Below, one piece after another: positions 14,493 through 16,273 of a stretch of 16,273 nt of DNA; position 1 is the first letter of the stretch; every line of letters starts with the position of its first letter. The stretch is from Thermoproteota archaeon (GTDB taxonomy: Archaea; Korarchaeota; Korarchaeia; Korarchaeales; Korarchaeaceae), in assembly GCA_027491415.1 (NCBI GenBank), contig JAOZFH010000061.1, positions 1-16,273 of the forward strand. Direction: 5' to 3'. A program made the translations under genes and the position numbers. The notes under the pieces are model-generated. The model was not told where the DNA came from. It made no database searches and worked only from the letters and a program-made list of their open reading frames with translations.

Positions 14493-16273
14493 CTAGAGGG
14501 GGAACAGCCCAAACCTTGATGGCCCAGGAAGACTCAGGGTGCCCTGAGACTCTCCGATTCCGCATATCCCGGCCCTCACGACCAGCTCAGCCTCCTTGTA
14601 GAGGATCGAGTACCCCTTGTCGGGAGACGGGTCCCACTCGCCGCTCGTCTCGGCCCAGTAGACGAACCCGTCTATGAGCGGCTCCTCGGCCACCAGGAAG
14701 GCCCTCCAGAGGAGGGCCTGCTCCTCCTCGCTCATCGGCAGGTCGGACCGCCAGTCCCACGGGGCATCGGCGGCTCCAACCACGCTCCTGTAGCCTATCT
14801 CGGTGAACACCACGGGCTTCCCGAACAGGAGCCTAAGCGGCTCTATCCTCCTCAGGTGAATCTCCCTCCAAGCCTCCACGATCTCGGAGAGGTTCCCTGC
14901 AGGCAGGGGGTAGTAGGCGTCTATCCCGATAAAGTCGACCTCCTCTGCGAACACGGGCAGGGCCTCCTGGGGGTCGAACTCCCCACCCTGCGGCTGGGCG
15001 TACCCTATGAGGCCAGAGTACACGGCTCGAACCTCGTCGATGAGCCGGAACCACCTCTCGTCTAAGACCATCGAGCTGAGCTCCACCTCCACCACCAGGT
15101 ACTCGACGCCCTCTTCCTGGGCGATCTCGGCGTAGTGGAGCAGGAACCTCCTGTAGGACTCGAACCAAGCGTCCCTGTCCACCGGATCAAGGAGGGCGAA
15201 CCACTCGCCCGTCTCGACTATCAGGGAGGGCTTCAGCATGACTCGGAACCCCAGGGACTTCGCCATCCTGATGAGGGCCCGAAGGTCGTCGTCGCTCACG
15301 GTGACTCCCGTCGGCCTTATCTCGGTCGATCGCAGGTTGGGAGTGGCCCAGTAGGGCGAGATCGCTATCGTGTTCAGGCACATGCCCTTGGCTCTCTCCA
15401 GCACGATCCTTAGCTCGGTCCGGTTGCCGAACTCGCCGACCCAGTAGGCGGCCAGCGTCATTCCCCTGATCTTCTGCCATCCAGGCGCTCCCTCCCGCTC
15501 GGCGAACGCGTAGAACACTGTGGAATCCTCCCCAAGGTCCTCCTGAACGGCCACAGCGTCGCAGATCTTGCCAGCGTAGGTCAGGGCGTCGTACCCCATC
15601 AGTCGGTTCTCGTGCTCGCTCCCAGCCCCGGTGGTGACGAGGCACCAGTACTCCGGGCCTTCACTCACCTTCATTCGGGCGTACTCGTCGACGTGCCTGA
15701 GGTACTCTTCCCTAGTCTCCCCCGCGCCATAGACGAAGCTCTCGATCAGCACCGCGTCTCCCTCCCCGAGCGGTAGACGGGGCTCCCCGTGGAGGGACGC
15801 GAGCACGTCTGTGGGGTTCCAGGCGTTCAGGGCCACCGCCAGCCCCCTCTCCCTGGCACACCGGACGGCCTCGACCTGGTGCATCCTGGCCTGTAGGAAG
15901 CCCCCCAGCCTAGGCGCAAGGTAGTCGTACCCAGCCTCGTCGAGGAACACCCCCGCGACCCCCATGTCGGCCCACTCGTCTATCCTCTCGCAGACTTCTC
16001 CGATCAGCAGCGTCAGCGGGACGTACCCATAGAACTGCGCCTCGCTCAGTCCTATGACCGCCGAGGCGACCTGGTGCTCGGGGTGGGCCGGGTCCTCGAG
16101 GCCGGCCCCTAGGACCACGATGTCGTAGCGGTCGAACTGGGCGGCGGCCCGCTCCAGATTCCCGCCGGCCCCGTTGAACAGACTGGGGTATCCGTAGTAG
16201 AAGAGGAGCTTTCTGGGTCGCCAGCCGACCACAACTCGGCCAGAGTGTGGACCTCCGGCGGTCGCAAGCGCGT
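14493..16273 (-). CDS. Two-domain glycoside hydrolase: N-terminal spherulin-4/GH135-GH114-like TIM barrel plus C-terminal GH113-like domain; 5' end probably outside the window
   Basis: C-terminal half: RVMLKPSL, WFESYRRFLLHYAEIA, VEVEL, VRAVYSGLIGYA, DFIGIDAYYPL and KPVVFTEIGYRS (GH113-like). N-terminal half: FYYGYP, FYGYVPL, GVAGVFLDEAGYDY and VLIESF. The frame stays open from 16232 to the window edge (...ALATAGGPHSGRVVGW). Confidence 0.75.
   Translation of the reverse strand, partial: ALATAGGPHSGRVVVGWRPRKLLFYYGYPSLFNGAGGNLERAAAQFDRYDIVVLGAGLEDPAHPEHQVASAVIGLSEAQFYGYVPLTLLIGEVCERIDEWADMGVAGVFLDEAGYDYLAPRLGGFLQARMHQVEAVRCARERGLAVALNAWNPTDVLASLHGEPRLPLGEGDAVLIESFVYGAGETREEYLRHVDEYARMKVSEGPEYWCLVTTGAGSEHENRLMGYDALTYAGKICDAVAVQEDLGEDSTVFYAFAEREGAPGWQKIRGMTLAAYWVGEFGNRTELRIVLERAKGMCLNTIAISPYWATPNLRSTEIRPTGVTVSDDDLRALIRMAKSLGFRVMLKPSLIVETGEWFALLDPVDRDAWFESYRRFLLHYAEIAQEEGVEYLVVEVELSSMVLDERWFRLIDEVRAVYSGLIGYAQPQGGEFDPQEALPVFAEEVDFIGIDAYYPLPAGNLSEIVEAWREIHLRRIEPLRLLFGKPVVFTEIGYRSVVGAADAPWDWRSDLPMSEEEQALLWRAFLVAEEPLIDGFVYWAETSGEWDPSPDKGYSILYKEAELVVRAGICGIGESQGTLSLPGPSRFGLFPL

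Noticed and set aside
1-16273. CRISPR array, tRNA, rRNA, IS element or integrase
   Set aside because: No regularly spaced repeats, cloverleaf/T-loop motifs, or transposase or recombinase motifs were seen.

Overview
GC-rich chromosomal window that is almost certainly archaeal: heavy AGG/ATA codon use, TATA-like boxes about 30 nt before several starts, archaeal pilin-like genes and a box C/D sRNA. In order it holds the 5' part of a family-5 ABC substrate-binding protein (minus strand, absent from the ORF track), a CruF-like hydratase, an intergenic box C/D guide sRNA, and two 170-aa pilin/ArlG-like paralogues with a probable divergent third paralogue. Two unknown membrane proteins, a LysO-family exporter and a dolichol/phytol-kinase-like protein follow. 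Next come an orphan SPPY-type amino-methyltransferase with a Trm11-like N-terminus, an aldo-keto reductase, an MDP-1 HAD phosphatase, a PadR regulator, two hypothetical proteins and a MobB-like protein lacking its P-loop. The window ends with a succinate dehydrogenase/fumarate reductase operon that has only one small membrane anchor, and a two-domain glycoside hydrolase running off the edge. No mobile element, CRISPR array, tRNA or rRNA was seen. All family calls come from motif recognition by eye, not from database searches.
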